DNA from: Candidatus Poribacteria bacterium
GTDB taxonomy: Bacteria; Poribacteria; WGA-4E; PCPOR2b
DNA: 64,000 nt
Direction: 5' to 3'
Assembly (NCBI GenBank): GCA_965208675.1
Contig: OZ242351.1
Span: 2,208,001 to 2,272,000, forward strand
The notes beneath the pieces were generated by a model. That model ran no database searches and had not been told where the DNA came from. It worked only from the letters and a program-made list of their open reading frames with translations. Positions 26,802 through 36,497 of the stretch are shown one piece after another. Each line of letters begins with the position of its first letter. The first letter of the stretch is position 1. Made by a program: the position numbers and the translations under genes.

Positions 26802-28958
26802 ATGAACGAATTTCTTAAGCTATTGCTCCCATGGTGGGGGTCTATCAACTGGATTGCGGACGGTTTTATTTCCGTCATTGTGTCATACGCTTTCGTATCG
26901 GTTGTATGGTTTTGGGTGAAAACCTCCTTTCGATGCAGGTTAATTGATGATTTGACGAACGAAGCACGCAAACACGACAGACCTGTTCAACCATCAATTA
27001 AACAGGAATTAAAAAGCAAGTTTGATCGCAACAAGGAACTCACAGACGCCTGGCGGGAGTTTGAGGATTCACTCATAACACGAAATCATAATGAAAATCA
27101 GATGGTATATAAAACAGACGAAGCATCGCTGTTTTTCAGCGAGGAACGTCTGTTGGATCAACATTTGAACCTTCGATTCTGGAATAGTGTACCCGCTTTA
27201 CTGGTGGGATTGGGGATTCTTGGCACATTTGTTGGCTTAGTCTGGGGGTTGATACCGTTTTCCGGGATTAACTTTGAGGAGACTAGCCAAATTCAGGTAG
27301 CGATTAAAAAACTTCTATCGGGTGTATCTACGGCATTTGTAACCTCCGTTTGGGGTATGCTAACCTCGCTCGCGTTCAACGGATTGGAAAAATGGCGTAT
27401 CAGCCGCGTAAGTCAATCAATTGCGAATCTGCAACGCGAACTAGATCGCCTATTCACACTGACAACACAAGAAGAAATCTCGTTTCGACAAGAGGACGAA
27501 CTCGCTCAACAGACACAGGCGTTAAAGTCATTTTCAACAGATTTGGCGAACGATATTAAAAGTGCGATGGCGGAGGGTAGACAACAGATACTCACTGAAC
27601 TTCAAAACGCTCCTGAAGCATTTAGCAATGCGATGGTGGAGCAACTTTCACCGAGCTTAGGTAAATTGAACAGTGCAGTCGAAGAATTGCGTGAGCAAAA
27701 AGAAGAATCTTCTATGGATGCTATCGGACAACTCATAGAGCAATTTCATGAATCCCTGTCCACATCAACAGTGACACAAATGGAAGAACTTGCGAAGACG
27801 GTTGGCAGTGCGAGTCAAAGTCTGATGAATTTGCCCGCCCAAATGACACAGATGATGGGCGAAATGCTCAACGCATTACAGGGAACGATTAATATACAGC
27901 AAGAGAGCTTGACTGAATCAACTAGCAGTATGAATGTGCAGATGAAGCAAGTCGCTTCTGACATAAGCAATCTATTGAAATCGGTGGCAAACCGCGCGGA
28001 CGAGCAATTAGGACAACGGGCGGCAGATATAGAGACGGCTTCTAATCAGAGCATTGGAACACTCCAAAGTACGATTGTTCAACTGCAACATTCGATTGCT
28101 TCTATTGCCTCACAAACCGCCGCAGAGTCTGAAGCAATGACGAATCGGATGCGCGAACTAATGGAATTCGCGGCTAATCGAACAGATGAGCAATTGAGCC
28201 AACGAATGGCTGTTATCGAAACAGTTTCTAATCAAAGTGTTCAAACGCTCGAAGACATTATTTCCAAATTGCAGCAAGCAATTACCTCTACTACTTCACA
28301 AGCAGCAACAGACTACGCAGCAATGGCAAATCAGATGCATGAACGCTTTGAACAGACGGTTACTCGACTTGGTGAAAGCGTCGTAGATGTTGAACACAGT
28401 GTCCGCAGGCTTTTGCAACAACAAAGCCATCAGACAGAGGCAGTTAATGAACAACTCAGTGGCTTGCAGGAGATACTGGCAAGAGGGCGGGAAATGTTGC
28501 AAGGGATGAACGCGAGTGTAACCGGCATCCGCCAGTTAATTGAGGCGACGCAAGCGTTTTCAAGGCAACTGACCGGCGGAGCGGACAGGCTGGAGCAGGC
28601 TGGACAAAAACTGACACTAGCAAGTGACGCATTCAACCAAGAAAACGAAAAATATCTCGCGGCAAACCGTGAAACGACGGGACGAATCCAAGCTGCAGTT
28701 GGGCATCTCAACGACTCTGTGCAACGCTTCCAAACGGTCGACAATGGCTTGCGAGGCATTTTTGCAGAAATTGAGAAAGGGTTGAATACGTACGCCACAA
28801 CCTCCCGCGAATCTATCAATCAATATCTTAGCGATTTCTCCGATCAGTTGGCTCAAGCATCAAGAGCCCTCTCTGGCAGTGTTGAAGCACTGACAGACAT
28901 CGTTGAAGACGTGACCGACATGAATGAGCGAATGGCGCGTCGAGGTGGTAGCAGATAA
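26802..28958 (+). CDS. zorA: Zorya ZorA (MotA/ExbB-like TM domain plus long helical tail)
   Basis: VPALLVGLGILGTFVGL, LLSGVSTAFVTSVWG, and a tail of about 500 aa of coiled-coil character; precedes a MotB-like gene. Confidence 0.92.
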   Translation: MNEFLKLLLPWWGSINWIADGFISVIVSYAFVSVVWFWVKTSFRCRLIDDLTNEARKHDRPVQPSIKQELKSKFDRNKELTDAWREFEDSLITRNHNENQMVYKTDEASLFFSEERLLDQHLNLRFWNSVPALLVGLGILGTFVGLVWGLIPFSGINFEETSQIQVAIKKLLSGVSTAFVTSVWGMLTSLAFNGLEKWRISRVSQSIANLQRELDRLFTLTTQEEISFRQEDELAQQTQALKSFSTDLANDIKSAMAEGRQQILTELQNAPEAFSNAMVEQLSPSLGKLNSAVEELREQKEESSMDAIGQLIEQFHESLSTSTVTQMEELAKTVGSASQSLMNLPAQMTQMMGEMLNALQGTINIQQESLTESTSSMNVQMKQVASDISNLLKSVANRADEQLGQRAADIETASNQSIGTLQSTIVQLQHSIASIASQTAAESEAMTNRMRELMEFAANRTDEQLSQRMAVIETVSNQSVQTLEDIISKLQQAITSTTSQAATDYAAMANQMHERFEQTVTRLGESVVDVEHSVRRLLQQQSHQTEAVNEQLSGLQEILARGREMLQGMNASVTGIRQLIEATQAFSRQLTGGADRLEQAGQKLTLASDAFNQENEKYLAANRETTGRIQAAVGHLNDSVQRFQTVDNGLRGIFAEIEKGLNTYATTSRESINQYLSDFSDQLAQASRALSGSVEALTDIVEDVTDMNERMARRGGSR

Positions 28959-29734
28959 TGCGAAGAACACATCCCAAATCTAAAACACTCATAGATGAAA
29001 ACCCGTTCGGTCTTTCATTGGGAGATTTGATGGCAGGGCTGCTGCTTATCTTCGTGCTTCTGCTCTCTTTCGTTATGCTGCGGCTCGAAAACCTGATGGC
29101 AGAAAAACGACATCAATTAGAACAACTCGACGACCGGGAGCGGGTTAAGAGATTGCTTATCAGCCGTCTCCTTAAAGAACTTTCTGATTTTGATGTCGAA
29201 GTCGATCCGGACACAGGGGTAATTCGCATTATGGAAGGTATCTTATTTGATTTTGGCAAAGATGAACTGAAGCAGGAGGGTAAAGCATTTCTTCGTCAGT
29301 TTATTCCCAAATATGTTTCGGTCCTGCTTTCCGAGCCTAATGTTAGTGAGCATATCGCACAGGTGATTATCGAAGGACACACTGACAATGTCGGCAGTTG
29401 GGAACTCAATCTTGAATTGAGCCTACGCAGGGCGAACAGTGTGGCGGCGTATCTATTTGCGGACGAGTTCGGCACATTTCGTCATGCAGATGCGTTAAAA
29501 AAATTATTGTCCGCAAACGGACGGAGTTTTGCTCAACCAATTGTGACTGAAGGCACCGAGGCAGCGCGTGCCCAAAACCGAGGACATACCCTGAGGGACT
29601 GGGTGGACACGTATAATGAAACCGAAGAAGCACGTGCTCAAAACCGCCGTGTTGAATTTCAATTTCGATTGAGGGATTGGGATCTGGTCTTGCCCAAAGC
29701 TAAGAAATTATTGGAGGTAGAGACTGGGTTATAA
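28958..29734 (+). CDS. zorB: Zorya ZorB (MotB-like, OmpA peptidoglycan-binding domain)
   Basis: TM segment SLGDLMAGLLLIF with the conserved Asp; IEGHTD, NLELSLRRA, NRRVEF; TAATG coupling to zorA. Confidence 0.92.
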   Translation: MRRTHPKSKTLIDENPFGLSLGDLMAGLLLIFVLLLSFVMLRLENLMAEKRHQLEQLDDRERVKRLLISRLLKELSDFDVEVDPDTGVIRIMEGILFDFGKDELKQEGKAFLRQFIPKYVSVLLSEPNVSEHIAQVIIEGHTDNVGSWELNLELSLRRANSVAAYLFADEFGTFRHADALKKLLSANGRSFAQPIVTEGTEAARAQNRGHTLRDWVDTYNETEEARAQNRRVEFQFRLRDWDLVLPKAKKLLEVETGL

Positions 29735-29767
29735 TCTCATCGAAAAAGAAGACCGAAGGAGGTTAGC

Positions 29768-31165
29768 TTGAAATCCACCAGTGAAATAGTCGGTTTTGTT
29801 GGCTTTGACGCGAACGCATTTGCCCGCCGTGCGCCACAGTCAATTAAAATTAGACAACAGACGCATGACATTCTGAACGAAATTATGCGGAAGCACGGTG
29901 GTGCCGAGCATCAGCCGCCCAATAGAGAGGATCTCCGCCAAATTTATCGCCTCTTTTTCACCGCCAGCCGCACTGGGAGACTCCGTACAGAATTTGACAC
30001 ACTTAAACGTACCCGACAACTGGCATGGGCGTTGACTTATTCCGAAGGTAAATTATCTCGTATTGTGGACACTTCCCAACTTAACGACGCGCTACAACTG
30101 ATAGAAAACCGTTTTCGCGTCAGCACACTACCGGGCATTTTCAATGCGCTGCTAAAAGCGTGGGACTCACCGAACGCGGAGATGTTACGCGCCTTTGTTA
30201 AAAAGCATCTAACGGTATACAACGGATCCCGAAAATTCGTTCAGAAACTAAAAGCAAATATGGATTGGTACTGCGAAGAGAACAGCGCAACCCAGCTTGC
30301 GCTGAACTTGGTACGTTCAAAGGTGAAGCTGTCGGATGTTTGGTCAGTCCTCGAATTGCCCGATCATGCGCGCAGCTATCCTTACTTCGGTGCGGTAGCT
30401 GAGGCGTATGTTGCACTCAACCGCCCCGCTGGTCGAGAGGCTGTGGCAGATGTCATCGAATTTGTTGCGAAGCACAACAGCGATAAAACGAGCCGCACCG
30501 TTTTGTCCAAACTCATTGAGGGTTTTGGATATGATGTGTCTGAACACTTGCGGCAACCTGTACAATCCTACGTTCTGCGAGAATGGGGTGACCCACGAAT
30601 TGCAGGCGGGGATGTGCGTTGGCGCAATGTCGCCGATGAGGTAAAACAGATTTTTACGAGATGGATTACAAAGGAAGACCTCCGTTTCTTCTTCGATGTT
30701 GTCGCCAAAGCCTGCGACGATCGCAAATTTGCCTATCGAAAAGCCTTTTGGTTGGCGTATCTTGAACGTATTTCCTTTTGTCGTCCGGTATTGCGTCAAA
30801 ACGCTGAATATCTATTTAGAAATGATCCTCAAACCCTTGAATACTACCAAGAAAGACGGCCTGCCACATTGACAGGCGGTAGTAGCTGGCATCACGCTTT
30901 CATCATTAGGATGGGCAATTACACCTTTGTCGAGTTTAGCACAGACGGAGCGTGCTATATCTATGACAATTCTAAGCTACCATTTCGTTTGGACGACTCG
31001 GAGTATACGATGGATACTTGGCGCGAAAATACCTTACGTAATCAGTCGTTGGCAAAATTCCGTGTGATTCACTCGTATTCAGAAAACTACTCTTGGCAAA
31101 ACGAATTAGCATCTTGGATAAACAGAGAGCTTGGGTTTAAGCCGTTGCGAAGCTATCAGTTGTAA
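29768..31165 (+). CDS. zorC: Zorya ZorC (EH-signature domain protein)
   Basis: WGDPR, RKAFWLAY, FVEFSTDGACYIY and a downstream His; lies between zorB and an SNF2 gene. Confidence 0.85.
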   Translation: MKSTSEIVGFVGFDANAFARRAPQSIKIRQQTHDILNEIMRKHGGAEHQPPNREDLRQIYRLFFTASRTGRLRTEFDTLKRTRQLAWALTYSEGKLSRIVDTSQLNDALQLIENRFRVSTLPGIFNALLKAWDSPNAEMLRAFVKKHLTVYNGSRKFVQKLKANMDWYCEENSATQLALNLVRSKVKLSDVWSVLELPDHARSYPYFGAVAEAYVALNRPAGREAVADVIEFVAKHNSDKTSRTVLSKLIEGFGYDVSEHLRQPVQSYVLREWGDPRIAGGDVRWRNVADEVKQIFTRWITKEDLRFFFDVVAKACDDRKFAYRKAFWLAYLERISFCRPVLRQNAEYLFRNDPQTLEYYQERRPATLTGGSSWHHAFIIRMGNYTFVEFSTDGACYIYDNSKLPFRLDDSEYTMDTWRENTLRNQSLAKFRVIHSYSENYSWQNELASWINRELGFKPLRSYQL

Positions 31166-31172
31166 GGTAATT

Positions 31173-34100
31173 ATGATGTTAAACTCATTCCGAAAAGCCA
31201 AATCTCAATCGCCACAATTCAACTGGCAGGAGACACCGACGGGCATTGAATTCTCTCCTCCATTGGATCATTCTTCACCGTCCGAATACGCAGCCAACCT
31301 GCCGCCGGAGGCACACCACGCGCAGGCTCAATGGTTGTTGCTCAAAGAGCTGCTTGATAACGGTCAGGCGGAACCATCGGAAATGGGGATTCGTATCCCG
31401 TCCGAGGAAGTATGTTGTTTGGATTCCGTCGAACAGAGCCTGCTCGGGTTGCCAGATCTATATCCGTTTGATCTTGAAATTCGCTCGCTCGGAACGCTCA
31501 ACGAACCGGAGTTTCGGTACAATTATCAATTCCTGAAACCGGATCGAAAGCCTTTACATCCTAACCGGATTGGTTGCATATTGCGTTTAACGGAGGAATG
31601 GGCGTATCTTCTCACATATGAACAGTTCGTTCTTTTGGAAGGGCTTGATGCATTCAACGGACGAGTAGCAGCGGACAAAAGTTTTCAATCCAATCTCCTC
31701 GAATTTGCAAACATAAAAGGGCTTGCGACGCAGACGGGGACTGAACTAGAACGGTATCTAAATCAAGAAGAAGTGGTCGCACCAAAAACCGTACGCTTAC
31801 GTCTGCGCGAGTCAGGTGATGCTGTTGAGATTATCCCTGACGTAGCCGGGGTTGACAGCACAGAATTTGAAGACGTTTTTGACAAATTTTCGACCCCGGA
31901 GACCACGTACAATCTACCTCAACCTGACGGCGGCCGAACCCGCGTTCTCTTCCAAGAAGAACAGCGAGCGGCTTTGCAAACTGTTAAGCGGTACCGTCGT
32001 GTATCCCGCGAACAACTCGCGGAAATTGCCGAAGCACCACAGACATATTTCGATCCCGAAGTTGTCGAACTCGATTCGACAGATGAATCTCCTTCTTTCA
32101 GTGAGCGCGTCCGTGAAATCGGCATCTATCAACCGAGGACCTATCCGTTCGTTTCACCGTACAACAGCCAGTGGATCCCCGGTATTTTGGTTGATGATGG
32201 AACAGAATCACAAACGAAAGTTCAGATCAACACTGATACGGAGTTCGATGAACTTCGGCAAGTGATTAGTGAGGCAAAACAGGCAAATCAAACCCATCTG
32301 ACATGGGAAGGAAAAAAACTTCCAGTTTCTGATGTTGAGCAACATCTCCCATTTATCGAAAAACAACTCAAACATCGGACGAAGCCATCGCGTACATCGG
32401 ATGAAAAATCCGAGACTGTTATCTTAATAATTGAGGAGAACATAGACGACCCCGATTACGTTGCAGCATCTGATTCTTCAATCGAGGAACCGTTTCGGCA
32501 TCTGCTTGAACTCCCGCCCAACCTGAAACAGGAATTCAAACTCCTGCCGCATCAAGAAGAAGGCCTAGCATGGGCACAGCAACTGTGGGAGAAAGAATAT
32601 CCCGGTGGATTGCTCGCCGATGACATGGGCCTTGGCAAAACGTTACAGGTGCTCTGTTTTTTGGAATGGCATCACACGAAATTTCGCATGCAAGAATCAC
32701 AACACAAACCGTACCTGATTGTGGCACCAATCGCGCTTTTGGAAAATTGGGCAGCGGAATATCCCAAGTTTTTTGCCAATGGTGAACTAGATTTCGTTAC
32801 ATTGTACGGAAAAGATTTACAAACATTCAAGTCGGAGATGACCGACACAACCGTGTGCCCTATTCCAGAAATCGAAGGCAAAAAACATCCCCAACAATTA
32901 CACAGACGACGCGGTAATCTTGATGTCAAACGCCTCGGAGCCGCCGATCTGGTGTTAACAACGTATGAAACGGTCCGTGACTTCCAACTGGATTTAGGCT
33001 TGATTTCGTGGGCAACTGTTATCATTGATGAGGCACAACGAATCAAAACGCCCGGAACACTCGTGACAAACGCCTTGAAAGCACTCAAAACTGATTTTCG
33101 ACTTGCATTGACAGGCACACCCGTTGAAAATTCATTGATGGATTTATGGTGTATCACAGATTTCGTTGCACCGGGTTATCTTGATAGCGCGAAAAATTTT
33201 AACCGTAACTTTTGTCTTCCCCTTGAGCGCCCTGAAACAGACATTCGTGCGCTTGGCGAGCAGGTTCGCGAGCGCATTGGTGTTCACCTAAAACGACGAT
33301 TAAAATCTGACATTCTGAATGATCTCCCAGAAAAACATATACACGTCGAAGCATGCCAAGAAAAGATGCCGTCTGAGCAAGTGACACGCTATCAGGCTGC
33401 ACTTCAGTCGTCGCACGAGCCCGAATTAGCAGGTGCACAATCACGCAACGGAATCTTGCAAGTGCTACATCAGTTACGTGACATTTCCGACCATCCGTTG
33501 TTAGCTGATTCCCAATGGGGACAACTTCCCCTTCTCACGTTAATCGAACAATCGGCAAAACTTATCGTGACGGTAAAAATCCTTGAAAAAATTGCTAACG
33601 CAGACGAAAAGGTGATTCTATTTGCTGAACGGCGAAAGACCCAGCATCTTTTAGCGCATGTCGTTCGAGAAAAGTACCGTTTGGAGAACGTATCTATCGT
33701 CAACGGCAGTACCCCAGGCAGCACACAAAGAGCGGGTTCGATGAAGATGAGCCGTCAACAAGCCGTTGATCGTTTCCAGGCTAGCCTGGGTTTCAACACT
33801 ATTATCATGTCTCCGCTCGCAGCAGGTGTTGGTCTCAACATCACCGAAGCGAACCATGTCATTCACTATAGCCGCTGGTGGAATCCCGCTAAAGAAGATC
33901 AAGCAAGTGACCGGGTCTACCGTATTGGACAAACGCGGCCCGTGCACATCTACCTGCCGATGGCAACCCATCCCGAGTTTCAGACGTTCGACGTTATCCT
34001 GCACGAACTTCTGGAACGCAAACGCCAGCTTTCACAGGGCACGCTCTTCCCTACGGAACGGGCCGAAGTAACTCCTCTAGACTTGTTAACCCGTCTGCAG

Positions 34101-34565
34101 GCAGTTCAACCTGAACAGGAGAATAATTCTTCGTTGACATTAGAAGATGTTGATAGACTTGAACCCAAATTATTCGAGGTTTTTGTTGCCGCCGTTTTTC
34201 ATGTGCTGGGGTACCACGCCGAATTAACACCCGATTCAGGCGACAAAGGCGCGGATGTCATTGTTCACCCGCGTCAAGGAGACTCATGTGGACTCTTGAT
34301 ACAAGTCAAACAACGTCGAGAAGGCGAAAAACCTGGAGGTGATGGCGTGGATGAAATTCTCGCAGCGAAACCGTTTTATGAGGAAAAATACGACACAACC
34401 TTTCAACCGATAATCATCACGAATCGGGAATTCACTAAGGAAGCACATCAACGCGGTAAGGTAAATCAGGTAGACATGTACGAACGCAAATGGTTGATGC
34501 AGAGTTTAGAACAACATCCAGTGACATGGCAGGAAGTTAATCATTGTCAATTACAGACCTGTTAA
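31173..34565 (+). CDS. zorD: Zorya ZorD: SWI2/SNF2 helicase with C-terminal Mrr-like nuclease
   Basis: LLADDMGLGKT, DEAQ, LTGTPVEN, GVGLNITEANHV, WWNPA, QASDRVYRIGQ; nuclease motif DKGADV...IQVK. Confidence 0.92.
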   Translation: MMLNSFRKAKSQSPQFNWQETPTGIEFSPPLDHSSPSEYAANLPPEAHHAQAQWLLLKELLDNGQAEPSEMGIRIPSEEVCCLDSVEQSLLGLPDLYPFDLEIRSLGTLNEPEFRYNYQFLKPDRKPLHPNRIGCILRLTEEWAYLLTYEQFVLLEGLDAFNGRVAADKSFQSNLLEFANIKGLATQTGTELERYLNQEEVVAPKTVRLRLRESGDAVEIIPDVAGVDSTEFEDVFDKFSTPETTYNLPQPDGGRTRVLFQEEQRAALQTVKRYRRVSREQLAEIAEAPQTYFDPEVVELDSTDESPSFSERVREIGIYQPRTYPFVSPYNSQWIPGILVDDGTESQTKVQINTDTEFDELRQVISEAKQANQTHLTWEGKKLPVSDVEQHLPFIEKQLKHRTKPSRTSDEKSETVILIIEENIDDPDYVAASDSSIEEPFRHLLELPPNLKQEFKLLPHQEEGLAWAQQLWEKEYPGGLLADDMGLGKTLQVLCFLEWHHTKFRMQESQHKPYLIVAPIALLENWAAEYPKFFANGELDFVTLYGKDLQTFKSEMTDTTVCPIPEIEGKKHPQQLHRRRGNLDVKRLGAADLVLTTYETVRDFQLDLGLISWATVIIDEAQRIKTPGTLVTNALKALKTDFRLALTGTPVENSLMDLWCITDFVAPGYLDSAKNFNRNFCLPLERPETDIRALGEQVRERIGVHLKRRLKSDILNDLPEKHIHVEACQEKMPSEQVTRYQAALQSSHEPELAGAQSRNGILQVLHQLRDISDHPLLADSQWGQLPLLTLIEQSAKLIVTVKILEKIANADEKVILFAERRKTQHLLAHVVREKYRLENVSIVNGSTPGSTQRAGSMKMSRQQAVDRFQASLGFNTIIMSPLAAGVGLNITEANHVIHYSRWWNPAKEDQASDRVYRIGQTRPVHIYLPMATHPEFQTFDVILHELLERKRQLSQGTLFPTERAEVTPLDLLTRLQAVQPEQENNSSLTLEDVDRLEPKLFEVFVAAVFHVLGYHAELTPDSGDKGADVIVHPRQGDSCGLLIQVKQRREGEKPGGDGVDEILAAKPFYEEKYDTTFQPIIITNREFTKEAHQRGKVNQVDMYERKWLMQSLEQHPVTWQEVNHCQLQTC

Positions 34566-34702
34566 GGTGTCCCAGTTATTGCGATAAACAGCATATTTCA
34601 CACAACAACCGACATAGACAACAAAATCAAAAAACTGTTTTAGTCGATCGTAGCAATCCGTAATTTTATGATTCACGACTCATTCGTAAAGGAGGTTTCC
34701 CG

Positions 34703-34915
34703 ATGACAGCACGACTTGAACAAGCTTTCACAGAAGTCTCAAAACTATCCCCAAAGGAGCAAGATGCGCTGGCAGATTGGTTGCTTGCTGAGCTTGAATC
34801 CGAAAGGCGGTGGGATAAACGATTTGCAGATTCTCAAGACGTATTATCCAAGCTAGCTTCTGAAGCACTTGCCGAACATCGCAAGGGTCAAACTCAAGAA
34901 TTAGATTCAGATTAA
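34703..34915 (+). CDS. Putative type II TA antitoxin
   Basis: 70-aa acidic protein (EQDALADWLLAELESERRWD) with strong RBS, directly upstream of a toxin-like gene. Confidence 0.7.
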   Translation: MTARLEQAFTEVSKLSPKEQDALADWLLAELESERRWDKRFADSQDVLSKLASEALAEHRKGQTQELDSD

Positions 34916-34917
34916 AC

Positions 34918-35181
34918 ATGAATTCAAAAACGACAAAACGGTTTCGTCAGATGCTTGCAAAATTACCAAGCGACATTCGACACCAGGCGAGGAAAGCCTA
35001 CTCGCTTTTCAGGGAGAATCCAAACCATCCAAGCCTTCGGTTCAAAAAGATACATACCACTGAACCGATTTATTCCGCTCGTATCAATATGAACTATCGG
35101 GTGGTTGGAGTCGTTGATGAGGGAGTGATTGTTTGGTTCTGGATTGGAACACACGCTGAATATGATAAACTGATTCAGTAG
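34918..35181 (+). CDS. RelE/ParE-like toxin
   Basis: NPNHPSLRFKKI, YSARI, YRVVG, WFWIGTHAEYDKL. Confidence 0.8.
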   Translation: MNSKTTKRFRQMLAKLPSDIRHQARKAYSLFRENPNHPSLRFKKIHTTEPIYSARINMNYRVVGVVDEGVIVWFWIGTHAEYDKLIQ

Positions 35182-35253
35182 TCACCGAATCCGCCGTTTA
35201 TAAGCAAATCTTCGTACCATCAAAAGTCTCATGAATGGAAGAGGGCTGACAAA

Positions 35254-36207
35254 ATGAACGAATTTGGTGAATTGAAAAAAGTACCATTGCGTGAAATATG
35301 GTCGCATGAGGCACACGACTTCACGCCGTGGCTGGAATCAAATATTGAAGCGTTGGGAGTTGCACTTGGACTAGAGCTCGAGCTAACCGGTAGAGAAGAA
35401 TCGGTTGGTGATTTTTCTCTAGATCTTCTCGCTAAAGACTTGAATAGCTCGCGAACGGTCGTTATTGAGAACCAACTATCCCAAACCGATCATGATCATC
35501 TCGGCAAGCTCCTCACGTATGCCGCTGGATTTGACGATTCAATCGTCATTTGGATTTCCGATGAGGTTCGGGATGAACACCGTCAAGCATTGGAATGGTT
35601 AAATCAAAGAACGGATATAGATACGCAGTTTTTTGCGGTCGTGGTAGAAGTTTTGAAAATCGACAATTCAAAACCTGCCTTCGACTTCAATCTAGTTGTT
35701 TTTCCCAATGAATGGCAGAAGGCCAAGCGACAGGAAACAGCAACTAGCCTATCACCGAAAGCGGAGCAGTATCAAGCGTATTTTCAAGAACTTATCAATG
35801 AACTAAGGGAACGTCATGATTTTACACGTGCACATAGTGTCCTCTCGCGTAATTTTTTTCGTTTTTCCTCCGGCATCAAAGAGATTCGTTATCTTGCGTC
35901 GTTTGTAAAGGGAGGTAAGGTATGTGCCGCCATTGATATCATGGGACCAGATCAAGAAAAAAACAAAAAACTCTTTGATGCGCTTGAAAAGCGAAAAACA
36001 GATTTCACGCCCAAGTTTGGGGATAAACTTGACTGGGATCGCGCCGACGATAATAAAAGTTCAAAAATTGCAGTATATTGTGATGGTTACATTGAGTCGT
36101 CTGACAGTGAATTAGAAGAAATCAGAGAATGGCACATTGAAAATCTGTTAAAATTAAAAGAGGTGTTTACGCCGGAGATAGAGCGGGCGTTGGAAGAAAT
36201 AGAGTAG
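35254..36207 (+). CDS. DUF4268-containing protein with N-terminal NucS-like PD-(D/E)xK nuclease domain
   Basis: EAHDFTPWL, DLLAKD..VVIENQL..TDHDHLGKLLTYAAG. Confidence 0.8.
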   Translation: MNEFGELKKVPLREIWSHEAHDFTPWLESNIEALGVALGLELELTGREESVGDFSLDLLAKDLNSSRTVVIENQLSQTDHDHLGKLLTYAAGFDDSIVIWISDEVRDEHRQALEWLNQRTDIDTQFFAVVVEVLKIDNSKPAFDFNLVVFPNEWQKAKRQETATSLSPKAEQYQAYFQELINELRERHDFTRAHSVLSRNFFRFSSGIKEIRYLASFVKGGKVCAAIDIMGPDQEKNKKLFDALEKRKTDFTPKFGDKLDWDRADDNKSSKIAVYCDGYIESSDSELEEIREWHIENLLKLKEVFTPEIERALEEIE

Positions 36208-36376
36208 ACATGGGTGCCACATTTGCGAGTCTCAGATTGGCGGAGTATCGGATTGAGTGTGTCGCTAGGCTTGAAATAATCTGAGACTTGTGTTAATATT
36301 TTAGCTTGATGGAGACGACGCTGTTTTAGGCTGGTTCCGCTGCGAAGCGTTGGATTTCATCTCAGATTATCTTTGT

Positions 36377-36399
36377 GCGGCGTGAATAGTCACGCCTAC
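36377..36399. repeat. REP-like palindrome gcggcgtga-N4-tcacgcc(tac)
   Basis: Second copy at 38052-38073. Confidence 0.55.
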
Positions 36400-36497
36400 C
36401 AACTGTTGTCCCATTCTCACACCTACCGCGCATGGAATGCTATCACTAAAAACTTGTACCACTTCATTTCACTCAACCCAAGGAGGAGGTAATCGAA

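Noticed and set aside
26802-29734. Flagellar MotAB or chemotaxis receptor annotation
   Set aside because: The long tail and the adjacent EH-signature and SNF2 genes fit Zorya; no flagellar genes nearby
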